Below are positions 37,831 to 47,402 of a stretch of DNA of 64,000 bases, in pieces. The stretch is from an uncultured Actinomycetes bacterium (GTDB lineage: Bacteria; Actinomycetota; Actinomycetes; Streptosporangiales; Streptosporangiaceae). The stretch is from positions 14,994 through 78,993 of the forward strand of contig CAWHSW010000009.1 in assembly GCA_963832095.1 (NCBI GenBank). The letters run 5' to 3'. The stretch's first letter is position 1; each line of letters opens with the position of its first letter. The notes beneath the pieces are model-generated. The model was not told the origin of the DNA, searched no databases, and saw only the letters and a program-made list of their open reading frames with translations. Position numbers and translations under genes: made by a program.

Positions 37831-39060
37831 TCATCCGGCGTCCCAGCGCACCGGCAGTGCGGCCGGCTTGCGGAACACCAGGCCCGTCGGCGGGGCGGTG
37901 GGCTGGTCCGGGTCGAGGCGCAGCCCGGGCATCGGGAGCAGCGCGCTGAGTGCGGCGCGGGCCTCCAGCCGGGCCAGGTGCACGCCCAGGCAGAAGTGCG
38001 GGCCGCGGGCGAAGGCCAGGTGCCGGCTCGCGTTCTCCCGCCGGACCGCGAACCGGTCCGGGTCGGCGAACACCGCCGGGTCACGGCCCGCACCGGCCAG
38101 CGACACGGTGACCAGGTCGCCCTGGCGCACGATCGCGTCGCCGAGCGTGACGTCCCGGGTGGCGTAGCGATCCACCACGGCCGCGGCCGGCTCCAGCCGC
38201 AGTGATTCCTCGATGGCGTTGGGCAGCAGCTCCGGGTCGCCGCGGACCAGCCGGAGCTGGTCCGGGTGGCCGAGCAGGTGCCAGGCCGCGTTCGTGATCA
38301 TTCCCTCGGTGGTCTCGATGCCGCCGAACATCAGCACCGCCGCATTGGACACCGCCTCGTCGGTGCTCAGCGCACCGGACCGGCCGACATGCTGGGCGGC
38401 CGCGGCCAGCAGCGACTGATCCGGGTCGTCGGCCGCGATCACCCCGCGAAGCCGTTCCGCCAGCTGGCTGAAGGCGGCCATGCCCGCTGCGCCCGGCTCG
38501 GCCCCGGGCGCGCCGGCCAGCTCGGAGACGGCGGCCACGATCGCGTCGTACCAGGCCAGGATCACCTCGGGCGGAGTGGCCACGAGGCCGAGCATCCGGG
38601 CCACCACCACGGTGGCCAGCGGCCCGGCCAGGCTGCGCCGGAGTTCGGCCTGCCCGGCCGGGCGGACCGCGGCGGCCAGCCGGGCCGCCTCCGCGGTGAC
38701 GAACCCGGCCAGCCGGTCCCGCACCTCGGCCTGGCTGAACGGGCCGCCGAACGGCCGCCGGTGCCGGTCGTGCGCGGCCCCGTCCAGCGACAGCATGCTC
38801 GGCCCGACCACCCGGGCGGTGGAGAACCGCGGGTCGTCCACGGTGAACGCCGCGCTGTCCCGGAGCACGCGCACGGCCAGGTCGTAACGGGTCACCAGCC
38901 AGCCGTCCAGCACCGGCAGCCAGGACACCGGCTCGGCCGCGCGCAGCCGGGCCAGCACCTGGTGCAGGCCCGGGCCGGCCAGCTCGGCCACCCGGACTGC
39001 CTGCCCCACCGGGTAGCCGCCGCGGCCCGCCGCGGGCACATCCCGGGAAAGCCCAGTCAC
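37831..39060 (-). CDS. Cytochrome P450
   Basis: FGGIETT I-helix, ESLRLEP (ExxR) and FARGPHFCLGVHLA heme-Cys loop. Confidence 0.9.
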   Translation of the reverse strand: MTGLSRDVPAAGRGGYPVGQAVRVAELAGPGLHQVLARLRAAEPVSWLPVLDGWLVTRYDLAVRVLRDSAAFTVDDPRFSTARVVGPSMLSLDGAAHDRHRRPFGGPFSQAEVRDRLAGFVTAEAARLAAAVRPAGQAELRRSLAGPLATVVVARMLGLVATPPEVILAWYDAIVAAVSELAGAPGAEPGAAGMAAFSQLAERLRGVIAADDPDQSLLAAAAQHVGRSGALSTDEAVSNAAVLMFGGIETTEGMITNAAWHLLGHPDQLRLVRGDPELLPNAIEESLRLEPAAAVVDRYATRDVTLGDAIVRQGDLVTVSLAGAGRDPAVFADPDRFAVRRENASRHLAFARGPHFCLGVHLARLEARAALSALLPMPGLRLDPDQPTAPPTGLVFRKPAALPVRWDAG

Positions 39061-39139
39061 CCAGCCGACGCTACCCGGTCACGGCCGTGCCGCAGGCACG
39101 GTGATCCGCAGGGCGCCGGGTCGGCCAATGTGGCCCAAC

Positions 39140-39471
39140 ATGAGTGTTTCAGCCATCCGCACCGGACGCAACGCCGCTGACTTAAGGCCGTCGCCAGCCG
39201 CGGGCCACGAGCCGCAGCGGCGACTCTTCACGTGTTTGGCCCGGCAGAACCGGGACAAATCGGTCAGGGACCGTACCAGCTCCGTGAAGAGTGGCCAGGC
39301 GCATGATCGATGTGGCTGATGGGACTGGAGTTGGGAAATCAGGGCCGCCGTCTGGGAACGTCCCGACTGTTAAGTCAGCGGCATTGCCACCGGACTACAG
39401 GATGACTCAACGTCCCGACTGTTAAGTCAGCGGCATTGGCACCGGACGACATGGATGATTCATTCACGCGC
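39140..39471. repeat. Nested inverted/direct repeat cluster between the P450 start and the MFS gene stop
   Basis: ~52-nt units R2 (39357-39408) and R3 (39410-39461) are direct tandem copies with the core CCGACTGTTAAGTCAGCGGCATTG. R1 (~39140-39190) is an inverted, diverged copy with the core GCCGCTGACTTAA. There is also an inner 10-bp inverted repeat, ACTCTTCACG (39223) / CGTGAAGAGT (39283). Confidence 0.85.
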
Positions 39472-40783
39472 TAGCCGCGGCGGCGCCGCCCGCGAGCTGG
39501 CGGGCCGCCAGCGAGCGGCGCAGGCAGCAGGTGGCCAGCACGGTGGCTGCCCCGGTGGCGGCCATGGCGGCGGCCGGGCCAGCGACCGCGGCCACCGCAC
39601 CGGCCAGCGGCGGAGTCAGTCCCTGCCCGCTCATCAGCCCGGTCGAGAGCAGGCCGAAGCCCTGGCCGCGCAGGCCCGGCGGCAGGCTGTCCAGGAACGC
39701 TTGCTGGATCCCGAGCTGGTAGCCGAACCCGAGCCCGCAGCCGAACAGGGCCGCGGCCACGACCAGCCAGGGCGGGTGCAGGATCAACGCCAGCAGCGGC
39801 GCGCCGGTCATCAGGGCCAGCGGGAAGACCAGCCGCCGCCGCATGAGCGGGCGGCAGAACCGGCCGATGACCACGTCACCGGCGAGCATGCCGGCCGGCA
39901 CCGCCGCGAGCAGCGGGCTGGCCGCGGCGGCCGGGTGACCCAGCGACTCGGTGTACGGAACGATGAGCGACTCCGCGCCGGCCACGAACATGCCCGGCAG
40001 CCACTGGGCCAGCAGCAGCGCCCGCACCCGGCGGTTGGCCAGCAGTTCCGCGTTGCCCGCGAGGCTGGCGCGCACCGCGCCCCGGCTGGCTGACCGGGCC
40101 GGGCCGGACGGCGCACCAGACGGCGCACCAGACGGCGCACCGGACGGCGCACCGGACGGCGCGGCATCGGGTACTGGTGCCGCGGCCGGCCGCAGGCCGA
40201 GCCGGACGAACGCGGACAGCACCAGCGCGCAGCCGGCCGACAGCAGCAGCCAGCGCCCGGACAGCACAGCGAGGACCGCGCCACCCAGGCCAAGCCCGAC
40301 GATCTGCGTGCCGGCCGCGGTCAGGCTGAGCACCGACCGGCCGAGCACGTACCGGTCGCCGTCCAGCACATCGGGCAGCATCCGGGACACCGCGGCACTG
40401 AACACCGGCGCGATCATCGCGGCCAGCGCCACCAGGACCAGCATCGCGGCCACCGGGAGCCCCGGCGCGAGCCCGATCAGCACGCCGGGTACCGCGCGGA
40501 GCAGCATGCCGCCGGTGATGACGGCCCGCGGGGGCAGCCGGTCGGCCAGCGAGGTGAACAGCGCGCCGCCGATGGCCTGCGGCCCGAACCCCATCGCGAA
40601 CGCGAGCGCGGCCAGGAACGCCGACCTGGTCTGCGCGTACACCACGACCGACAGGCCGAGGATCTCGAACTCGAAGCCCAGGACGTACAGGAACGTGCCC
40701 GCGCACAGCACCCGGAACTGCCCGACGGCGAACACCGACCGGTACGTGGTGCGCGGCGCGGGCGCGGCGGCCGTGGTAGTCAT
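39464..40783 (-). CDS. MFS transporter
   Basis: 439 aa starting at ATG 40783 (MTTTAAAP...), with ~12 hydrophobic segments. The rest of track ORF 39464..42124 is antisense shadow. Confidence 0.8.
   Translation of the reverse strand: MTTTAAAPAPRTTYRSVFAVGQFRVLCAGTFLYVLGFEFEILGLSVVVYAQTRSAFLAALAFAMGFGPQAIGGALFTSLADRLPPRAVITGGMLLRAVPGVLIGLAPGLPVAAMLVLVALAAMIAPVFSAAVSRMLPDVLDGDRYVLGRSVLSLTAAGTQIVGLGLGGAVLAVLSGRWLLLSAGCALVLSAFVRLGLRPAAAPVPDAAPSGAPSGAPSGAPSGAPSGPARSASRGAVRASLAGNAELLANRRVRALLLAQWLPGMFVAGAESLIVPYTESLGHPAAAASPLLAAVPAGMLAGDVVIGRFCRPLMRRRLVFPLALMTGAPLLALILHPPWLVVAAALFGCGLGFGYQLGIQQAFLDSLPPGLRGQGFGLLSTGLMSGQGLTPPLAGAVAAVAGPAAAMAATGAATVLATCCLRRSLAARQLAGGAAAASA
40106..40165 (-). repeat. 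12-nt tandem repeat x5 in the central loop of the MFS gene, encoding (APSG)5
   Basis: Plus strand reads GGACGGCGCACC AGACGGCGCACC AGACGGCGCACC GGACGGCGCACC GGACGGCGCGGC. Confidence 0.9.
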
Positions 40784-40820
40784 GCCGCCATCGTCGGGAG
40801 CGCACCCCCGCAGCAGTAAT

Positions 40821-40840
40821 CTTTCGGTCCAGGACGAAAG
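40821..40840. promoter_or_regulatory. Imperfect palindrome CTTTCGGTCC-A-GGACGAAAG in the MFS / ArsR-like divergent region (candidate operator)
   Basis: Seen directly; one bulged base. Confidence 0.3.
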
Positions 40841-40873
40841 GTCCGCCACGGCCGGCGCGGGAAGGACACGGTT

Positions 40874-41887
40874 ATGACGCTGCGCATCGACGTGGCCCAG
40901 CAGGATCTGGTGACCAGCCGCTTCGCCATCTCCCCGCTGTGGGAGCTGACCCAGGCGCTGCGCACGCTGGCTGGGCCGCCGTCGCGCGACGACGCGGCGC
41001 TGCGGCCCTGGCTGGCCCGGGTCCGGGACCGCTATCAGCGGCTGGCCCGCGACGCCGACCTGGCCGTGCTGCACGCGCTGCAGCCGCCGAGCTGGGGCGC
41101 GGACTTCCTCTCCCCGGTGCCGGCCAGCGTGTCCACCACCATCGACGACCTGCTCGCCCAGGTCAGGGCCACGCCCATCGACGAGGTCCGGCATGAGGTC
41201 GGCGAGGCGCTGAGCCGGCAGCCGGACATCGGGACCCGGGTGCGGCGCATTCTGACCGGCGGCCAGGCCGCGGCCTACTGCGCGGACATCCTGGCCGCGG
41301 CCTGGCAGGCGCTGCTGGAATCCGAGTGGCCCACGCTGCGGGCCATCCTGGAACGCGACGTGATCCACCGCGCCGGGCAGCTGACCTCCAAAGGCTGGGC
41401 CGCCGCGCTGGACGGGCTGCATCCGCAGCTGGCCTGGCAGCCGGGCCGGATCGAGCTGACCCGCTGGCCCGGCGAGCAGGACGCGGCGCTGGCCGGCCGG
41501 GGGCTGCTGTTCGTGCCGTCGGTCTTCATCTGGCCCCGGCTCGCGGTCAGCCTGGAACCGCCCTGGCCGCCGGCCCTGATCTACCCGGCGCGCGGGGTGG
41601 CCGCGCTGTGGGAGACGGCTCCGCCCGGCCGCGGGCCGGCCGCGGATGGCGGCGCGCTCGGCCCGCTGCTCGGCACCTCCCGGGCCGCCATCCTGCGTGC
41701 CCTCGACGAGCCCGCCAGCACCACTCAGCTGGCCGCCATCCTGGGCCAGTCCCTCGGCGGCCTGGGCGGCCACCTCGCGGTCATGCGCCGGGCCGGCCTG
41801 CTGGCCCGGGCCCGGTCCGGCCGCTCCGTGCTGTACTGGCGGACAGCCGTGGGCGACGCCCTGGTCGCGGCGTCCGGACCGGACTAG
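40874..41887 (+). CDS. ArsR-type winged-helix regulator with a long N-terminal (DUF5937-like) domain
   Basis: C-terminal SRAAILRALDEPASTTQLAAILGQSLGGLGGHLAVMRRAGLLARARSGRSVLYWRT HTH. It is divergent from the MFS gene. Confidence 0.7.
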   Translation: MTLRIDVAQQDLVTSRFAISPLWELTQALRTLAGPPSRDDAALRPWLARVRDRYQRLARDADLAVLHALQPPSWGADFLSPVPASVSTTIDDLLAQVRATPIDEVRHEVGEALSRQPDIGTRVRRILTGGQAAAYCADILAAAWQALLESEWPTLRAILERDVIHRAGQLTSKGWAAALDGLHPQLAWQPGRIELTRWPGEQDAALAGRGLLFVPSVFIWPRLAVSLEPPWPPALIYPARGVAALWETAPPGRGPAADGGALGPLLGTSRAAILRALDEPASTTQLAAILGQSLGGLGGHLAVMRRAGLLARARSGRSVLYWRTAVGDALVAASGPD

Positions 41888-41954
41888 CCGCGATCCGCAG
41901 GCAACCCCGGGCGCGGCTCGTTCGTCATGAGCGGGCGACAGAGGAGGCGGTGCG

Positions 41955-42494
41955 ATGGGCGGCACGCCGACCGGAGCCGACCTGGAGCGGCTGCTCGCCG
42001 AGCGCGGCACCCCGCTGATGCGGGTGGCCATCGCGCTGGCCGGCGGCCGCGAGGCCGGTGAGGACCTGCTGCAGGCCGCCCTGGAGCGGGTGCTCAGGAA
42101 GCCCCGGCAGGTGCACCAGGACACCGAGGGCTACCTGCGCCAGGTGCTGTACAACCTGGCCGCGGACGGCTGGCGGCGGCGCGGCCGGTGGCGGCAGCGG
42201 CTGCCGCTGCTGCGGGCCCAGGCCAGCAGCCAGGCCGCGCAGGCCAGCGACGGCGCCGACGTGGTCGACCTGCGCGACGCGCTGGTCCGGCTGCTCCGCC
42301 AGCTGCCACCGCGGCAGCGCGCGGTGATCGTGCTGCGGTACTGGGAGCAGCGCACCGAGGCGGAGACCGCGGCGCTGCTCGGCTGCTCGGAAGGCACGGT
42401 CAAGTCGGCCGCGTCGCGGGGGCTGCGGCAGCTGCGTGAACTGGCCGGCGCCCGCACCGACCTGGGCTTCGAGCTGGCGGAGGGAACGTCATGA
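41955..42494 (+). CDS. ECF (SigE-family) RNA polymerase sigma factor
   Basis: Region 2 (GEDLLQAALERV) and region 4 (LPPRQRAVIVLRYWEQRTEAETAALLGCSEGTVKSAASRGLRQLR). Confidence 0.85.
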   Translation: MGGTPTGADLERLLAERGTPLMRVAIALAGGREAGEDLLQAALERVLRKPRQVHQDTEGYLRQVLYNLAADGWRRRGRWRQRLPLLRAQASSQAAQASDGADVVDLRDALVRLLRQLPPRQRAVIVLRYWEQRTEAETAALLGCSEGTVKSAASRGLRQLRELAGARTDLGFELAEGTS

Positions 42495-43500
42495 GCACCG
42501 ATCTGCAGGATCTGCTGCGCGAGGGCCTGGACCGGCTGACGGCCGGCGCGAGCGCGCCAGACGGTCTGGTCGGCCGGGCTCAGCAGCACAACCGGCAGCG
42601 CCGGATCAAGATCCGGGCGGCCATCGCTGCGGGCACCGCGGTGGCCGCCGCGGCCGCTGGTCACCGTCAGCCTGGCCGCCACCGGTAACAAGCCCAGCAG
42701 TGCTCCCGTGCATACCCAGACCATCGCCGACGTGGCCACCCGCACCGAGCGGGCACTGGTGGCCGCGGTCGATAAAGGCAAGGCCATTCAGGTGGAACGG
42801 GCCACCGGCCAGAACCTGACCTTCGGGCTGACCCTGGTCGTGCAGAGCGGGCCGCCGAGCCAGCTAGGCGTCGTCTCCGTCCCGCCCGACGGGCTCGGCC
42901 GGGTGACCGCGCAGCAGCAGGTCACCTGGAGGTACCGCGATGTGTTCATGGAACAGGGCTTCTCGGCCACCGGACGGCTCGTTTACGTGAACTCCAATAG
43001 CGTCGATGGCGCGCCCATCCGGTAAACGGGTGCCCGAGAACTACGGCGCGGCGTATCCGGCCCGGATCCGGTGGCGTACTGCCATCGGCGGGGTATCAGG
43101 CCCGGGACCTGGGCTGAACTGCCAGAACGTGCCATCCCCGTACCCGAGCTGGCCTGCCAGCATCACCAAGGCGCTGTCTTGCGGGCTGTTCACGCTCGGC
43201 GGGCGGCAGCAGGTGGACGGAGTGAACGCGATGACGCTGCTGTCCCGGCCCCAGCGCGGCGAGGACTTCCGGCTGGCGCTGTGGGTCAACCCGGTGACCT
43301 ACCTGCCGGTGCGGATGATCGTGACGTTCCAGCCCGGGTCGGTCCGGGCCCAGCAGCTGGTGTACAACTTCCGCTTCCTGCCGCCGACTCCGGCCAACCT
43401 GGCCCAGCTGCGCGCGGCCATCAGGCGCGGCACGATCCCGGCTAGCTTCCACCGGCTGCCGTCGAAGTACCTGGTACTGGCCGGGGGCAACGGACGCTAG
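42491..43500 (+). CDS. Membrane-anchored hypothetical protein coupled to the ECF sigma gene (possible anti-sigma/sensor); two frame breaks
   Basis: ATGA overlap with the sigma gene. Three consecutive ORFs (42491, 42708, 43006) read as one protein if 1 nt is corrected at ~42641-42660 (restoring the TM helix AAIAAGTAVAAAAALVTVSLAAT) and at 42991-43025. Confidence 0.6.
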
Positions 43501-43507
43501 GGCCCCG

Positions 43508-44692
43508 TCAGGAGCTGGCCACCGAGGCGAGCAGGCCCGCCCGGGCTTGCTCGACCGCGGCCAGGATCGCGCCGCGCAGCACCGGCCGGCCGGTCACCCC
43601 GGTCGGCACCACGGTGGGCCGGGCCGGGCAGATCCGGCCCACCTCGGCCGCGACCCGGCCGGCCAGCGCGGTCCCGCCGGCCAGCCCGACCTCGCCGCCC
43701 AGCACGACCAGGCCGGGGTCGAGCACCACGCAGATCGCGGCCGCGCCAGTGGCCACCCGCCCGGCCAGCTCGGTGAGGAACGCGCTGCCCCGCTCGTCGC
43801 CGCCCTCGGCCGCGGCCACGGCGGCGGACACCGCGGCGGCCGCGGTCGGCGCGGCGAACCCGTACTCCGCGGCCAGCGGCCGCAGCGCCTGCGCGCCGAC
43901 CAGGGACTGGAACGCGCCGGTGGCCGGATGCCCGATGTCCTGTGGCAGCGGCACCCCGGGCACCGGCAGGTAGCCGATCTCACCGGCCGCGCCAGCGACG
44001 CCGCGGTGCACCCGGCCGCCGATGATGGTGGCCAGGCCGAGGCCGACCCCGATCCACATCAGCACGAAGTCGTCGGCGCCCTCGGCCACGCCGACCGCGC
44101 GCTCGGCCATCGCGGCCAGGTTGACGTCGTTCTCGATCGTCACCGGCTGGCCCAGGTCGGTGCGCAGCGCGTCCAGCACTCCCTCGTGCCAGGCGGGCAG
44201 GTTGACCGCCAGCCACGGGTCGCCGGTGCGCGGGTCCAGCACCCCGGGCGTGCCGATGACCAGCGCGCTGAGCTGGGATATCGCCACCCCGGCGGCACTG
44301 CACGCGGTGGCCACCGCGCCGCGGACCAGTTCGACCGGGTTGCTGGTCCCGTTCGGGTCCACGCTGACCTGGGTGACCACCTGGCCGGTGATGTCGGCCA
44401 CGCCGGCGCTGACCTCGTCGTGCTCGACGTGCAGCCCGGCCACGTAGGCGCTGGACGGCACGACCGCGTACAGTGCGGCATTCGGCCCGCGGCCGCCGGC
44501 CTGCTCGCCCACCGTGGCCACCAGCCCGCGTTCTTCCAGCCGGCCCAGCAGCTGCGACGCGGTCACCTTGGACAGCCCGGTCCGCTCGCCGATCTGGGCC
44601 CGGGTCATCGGGCCACTGGCCAGCAGCAACTCCAGCGCGGCGCGGTCGTTCAGCTCGCGCAGCAGCCGCGGTGTGCCGGGCCGTTGTTCCAT
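43508..44692 (-). CDS. ROK family transcriptional regulator
   Basis: N-terminal HTH (MTRAQIGERTGLSKVTASQLLGRLEERGLV) plus a ROK sugar-kinase-like fold (GEIGYLPV). ATG 44692 after GGAGG. Confidence 0.85.
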   Translation of the reverse strand: MEQRPGTPRLLRELNDRAALELLLASGPMTRAQIGERTGLSKVTASQLLGRLEERGLVATVGEQAGGRGPNAALYAVVPSSAYVAGLHVEHDEVSAGVADITGQVVTQVSVDPNGTSNPVELVRGAVATACSAAGVAISQLSALVIGTPGVLDPRTGDPWLAVNLPAWHEGVLDALRTDLGQPVTIENDVNLAAMAERAVGVAEGADDFVLMWIGVGLGLATIIGGRVHRGVAGAAGEIGYLPVPGVPLPQDIGHPATGAFQSLVGAQALRPLAAEYGFAAPTAAAAVSAAVAAAEGGDERGSAFLTELAGRVATGAAAICVVLDPGLVVLGGEVGLAGGTALAGRVAAEVGRICPARPTVVPTGVTGRPVLRGAILAAVEQARAGLLASVASS

Positions 44693-44788
44693 GCCTCGCC
44701 TCGCCTCCGTGACAGTTCCCCCCAGCACCGACCGGGGCCGAACAGGCACCTGGGCTGAATTCTGTCTCAATCTCGCAACAGGGTCTAT

Positions 44789-44811
44789 CTAATAGGAAAC
44801 TTTACTGTTAG
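44789..44811. promoter_or_regulatory. 23-bp imperfect palindrome CTAATAGGAAAC-TTTACTGTTAG in the ROK / ABC divergent region (candidate ROK operator)
   Basis: Seen directly in the only AT-rich stretch of the intergenic region; 9 of 11 arm positions are complementary. Confidence 0.4.
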
Positions 44812-44945
44812 TTTCAGCGCAGAGTTCCCTCAGGGTTGACCCCAGACAACCGCCAGCCTAGACGGCCGACGGCGGCGGAGCGCCCTGAGACCACTACGTA
44901 GCTGCGAGAAGTGCTCAGGGTCGAAGCCGGAAGGGAGATCCAGCA

Positions 44946-46298
44946 GTGAAATTGACCAGACCGGCGGTCGCGTTCGGCGCGGCCGCCATACTCGCCGGGG
45001 CGGCGGCGGGCTGCGGCTCAGGGAGCGGCAGCTCATCCGGCGGCTCGGCCGCGGTACCCAGCAAGCTCGTCGTCTGGCGGATGGGCGCGTCGGTGCCGTC
45101 CCAGGTCACCTGGATGAACGGGGTCGTCACCGAGTTCCACCAGAAGTTCCCGCAGTACAAGAACACCAAGGTGACCGTGGACTGGATCCCGTGGACCAAC
45201 CGGGTCACCGACTGGACCAACGCGCTGTCCAGCGGCAAGGGTGGTCCGGACATCACCGAGCTGGGCAACACGGACACCCCGGGAATCGCCGCCCAGGGCG
45301 GGCTGGCCGACGTGAGCAGCAACGTGAAGGCGTGGTCCTACGGGTCCGGGATCATCGCCGGCAACCTGGCCAACGACACGGTGAACGGGCAGACCTACGC
45401 GGTGCCCTGGTTCGGCGGCGTGCGCGGCATCTGGTACCGCAAGGACCAGTTCGCCAAGGCCGGCATCACCGCGGCCCCCACCACCTGGGCGCAGCTGATC
45501 AGCGACGCCAAGCTGCTGGAGAAGAAGTACCCGGGCACCAATGGCCTGGGCGCGCCGAGCGACTACACCAACGCGATCGTCAGCTTCATCTGGGGCGCGG
45601 GCGGCCAGGTGGCCACCGAGAGCGGCGGCAAGTGGACGGCCGAGCTGACCACGCCGCAGGCCGAGGCGGGTATCAAGTTCTACGCCGACCTGTACCTGAC
45701 CCAGCACCTCTCGCCGTCGAAGTACATCGGCGAGACCGAGCTGGGCGCGCCCGGCGCCACCTCGGGCGGGTCCAACGAGGACTTCGCCCTGGGCAAGCTG
45801 GACATGTACATCGACGGCCCGTGGGCGGAGTCCGAACTGACCGCGGTGAGCAAGAAGTACGAGTCGCAGTGGGCCTCGTTCCCGATCCCGAGCGAGAGCG
45901 GGCCGAACCCGGCCCCGGCCTTCTCCGGCGGCTCCGACCTCGGTGTCTGGGCCAAGAGCAAGTACAAGCAGGCCGACTGGGACCTGATCTCGGTGATGGA
46001 CAGCCCGTCCAACGCGACCACGTTCGCCAACTCGCAGGGCTTCTTCCCCGAGTTCACCGCGCAGCTCAAGGGCGGCGCGTACGCGGGCAACCCGGTGATG
46101 GCCGGCTTCGCCAAGGCGGCTGCCTACACCCAGATCTCCCCGTTGAACTCGAAGAACTGGGCCACCGCGGACGCTACCGACGCGATCATCCCGACCATGA
46201 TGAAGGCACTGATGCAGGGCGCGAACTTCAGCGCCACGGTGGCCAAGGCCAACACCGAACTGCAGAACGTGCTCAACACCGGTAACGAGAACGGCTGA
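44946..46298 (+). CDS. ABC transporter sugar-binding lipoprotein (CUT1 family, NgcE/DasA-like)
   Basis: GTG after GAAGGGAG; lipobox LAGAAAGC; family 1 extracellular solute-binding sequence. Confidence 0.85.
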   Translation: MKLTRPAVAFGAAAILAGAAAGCGSGSGSSSGGSAAVPSKLVVWRMGASVPSQVTWMNGVVTEFHQKFPQYKNTKVTVDWIPWTNRVTDWTNALSSGKGGPDITELGNTDTPGIAAQGGLADVSSNVKAWSYGSGIIAGNLANDTVNGQTYAVPWFGGVRGIWYRKDQFAKAGITAAPTTWAQLISDAKLLEKKYPGTNGLGAPSDYTNAIVSFIWGAGGQVATESGGKWTAELTTPQAEAGIKFYADLYLTQHLSPSKYIGETELGAPGATSGGSNEDFALGKLDMYIDGPWAESELTAVSKKYESQWASFPIPSESGPNPAPAFSGGSDLGVWAKSKYKQADWDLISVMDSPSNATTFANSQGFFPEFTAQLKGGAYAGNPVMAGFAKAAAYTQISPLNSKNWATADATDAIIPTMMKALMQGANFSATVAKANTELQNVLNTGNENG

Positions 46299-46388
46299 GC
46301 ACCCCGACGACCCCGGCCGGCCGCTTCCCTCGGTGCCGGCCGGCCGGGGCACTCTGGCGACACTCAGCCGAGGAGAGGGCCGCGAACC

Positions 46389-47402
46389 ATGGTCGAAACC
46401 GTCACCAGCCAGCCGTCCGCGCGGGCGCCCAGCACGGCCCGGCCGCCGCGGCGCCGGACCGGCCCGGCCGCCGGGGCCATGGCGCTGATCCGCCGCCACC
46501 GGCTGGCGCCCTACCTGCTGCTGCTCCCGTCGGTGGCCGCGATCGCCCTGGTCCTGCTGTGGCCGGTGGTGCAGGTGGCGCTGTACTCGTTCCAGAACTA
46601 CGGGCTGCCGCAGACCGATGGGGCCGCACCCACCCAGTGGGTCGGGCTGAGCAACTTCACCGCCACGTTCACCGACCCTGAGTTCTGGCTGGCGCTGCGC
46701 ATTACCGTGCTGTTCGCGGGGGCCGCGGTGACGCTGACCCTGCTGACCGGAACGCTGATCGGCCTGCTGCTGAACCGGCTCGGCCGCCTGATGGCGGCCT
46801 TGGTCAGCACGGCAGCGCTGCTGGCCTGGGCCACCCCCCCGGTTTCCGCCAGCGTTCTGTTCTATTGGCTTTTTAATCCGGATGGCGGGCTGGTGGACTG
46901 GAGCCTGGCCCGGCTGCCGCACTGGCTGGTGGGCAGCACCGACTGGGCCGGCTTCAACTGGACGACCACCGGGGCGCTGCCCGCCTACACGGTGGCCACG
47001 CTGCTGGTGGTGTGGCAGGCCTTCCCGTTCGTCGCGGTGGCCACGCTGGCCGGGCTCAAGACGGTGCCGGCCGAGCTGCTGGAAGCGGCCCGGGTGGACG
47101 GCGCCGGGGCCTGGCAGGGCTTCTGGAAGATCACCTACCCGCTGCTCAAGCCGATCTTCCTGGTGCTGCTGCTGTTCTCGGTGATCTGGGACTTCAACGT
47201 GTTCACCCAGACCTACCTGCTGACCGGCGACCTGGGCAACCGGGACGAGTACAACCTGTCGCTGTACCTGTACGACAAGGCGTTCACGTTCCCGCCCAGC
47301 TACGGTCTGGGCGGCGCGCTGGCCCTGATCCTCACCGTCATCCTGCTCATCGTGACCGTCGGCTACGTCCGCGCCTCGGTCCGGCAGGGGGCGCTGGCAT
47401 GA
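46389..47402 (+). CDS. Sugar ABC transporter permease (MalF/NgcF-like)
   Basis: Six TM segments and the EAA loop LEAARVDGAGAWQGFWKITYP. Confidence 0.85.
   Translation: MVETVTSQPSARAPSTARPPRRRTGPAAGAMALIRRHRLAPYLLLLPSVAAIALVLLWPVVQVALYSFQNYGLPQTDGAAPTQWVGLSNFTATFTDPEFWLALRITVLFAGAAVTLTLLTGTLIGLLLNRLGRLMAALVSTAALLAWATPPVSASVLFYWLFNPDGGLVDWSLARLPHWLVGSTDWAGFNWTTTGALPAYTVATLLVVWQAFPFVAVATLAGLKTVPAELLEAARVDGAGAWQGFWKITYPLLKPIFLVLLLFSVIWDFNVFTQTYLLTGDLGNRDEYNLSLYLYDKAFTFPPSYGLGGALALILTVILLIVTVGYVRASVRQGALA

Noticed and set aside
36766-39060. GH25 lysozyme as evidence for a prophage.
   Set aside because: There is no integrase, holin, terminase, capsid or tail gene and no att-like repeats nearby. 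The neighbours are lhr and a P450 gene.
39464-42124. 886-aa minus-strand ORF taken as one protein.
   Set aside because: Only the C-terminal 439 aa (from ATG 40783) are an MFS transporter. The upstream part is antisense to the ArsR-like and ECF sigma genes and is Arg/Pro/Gly-rich.
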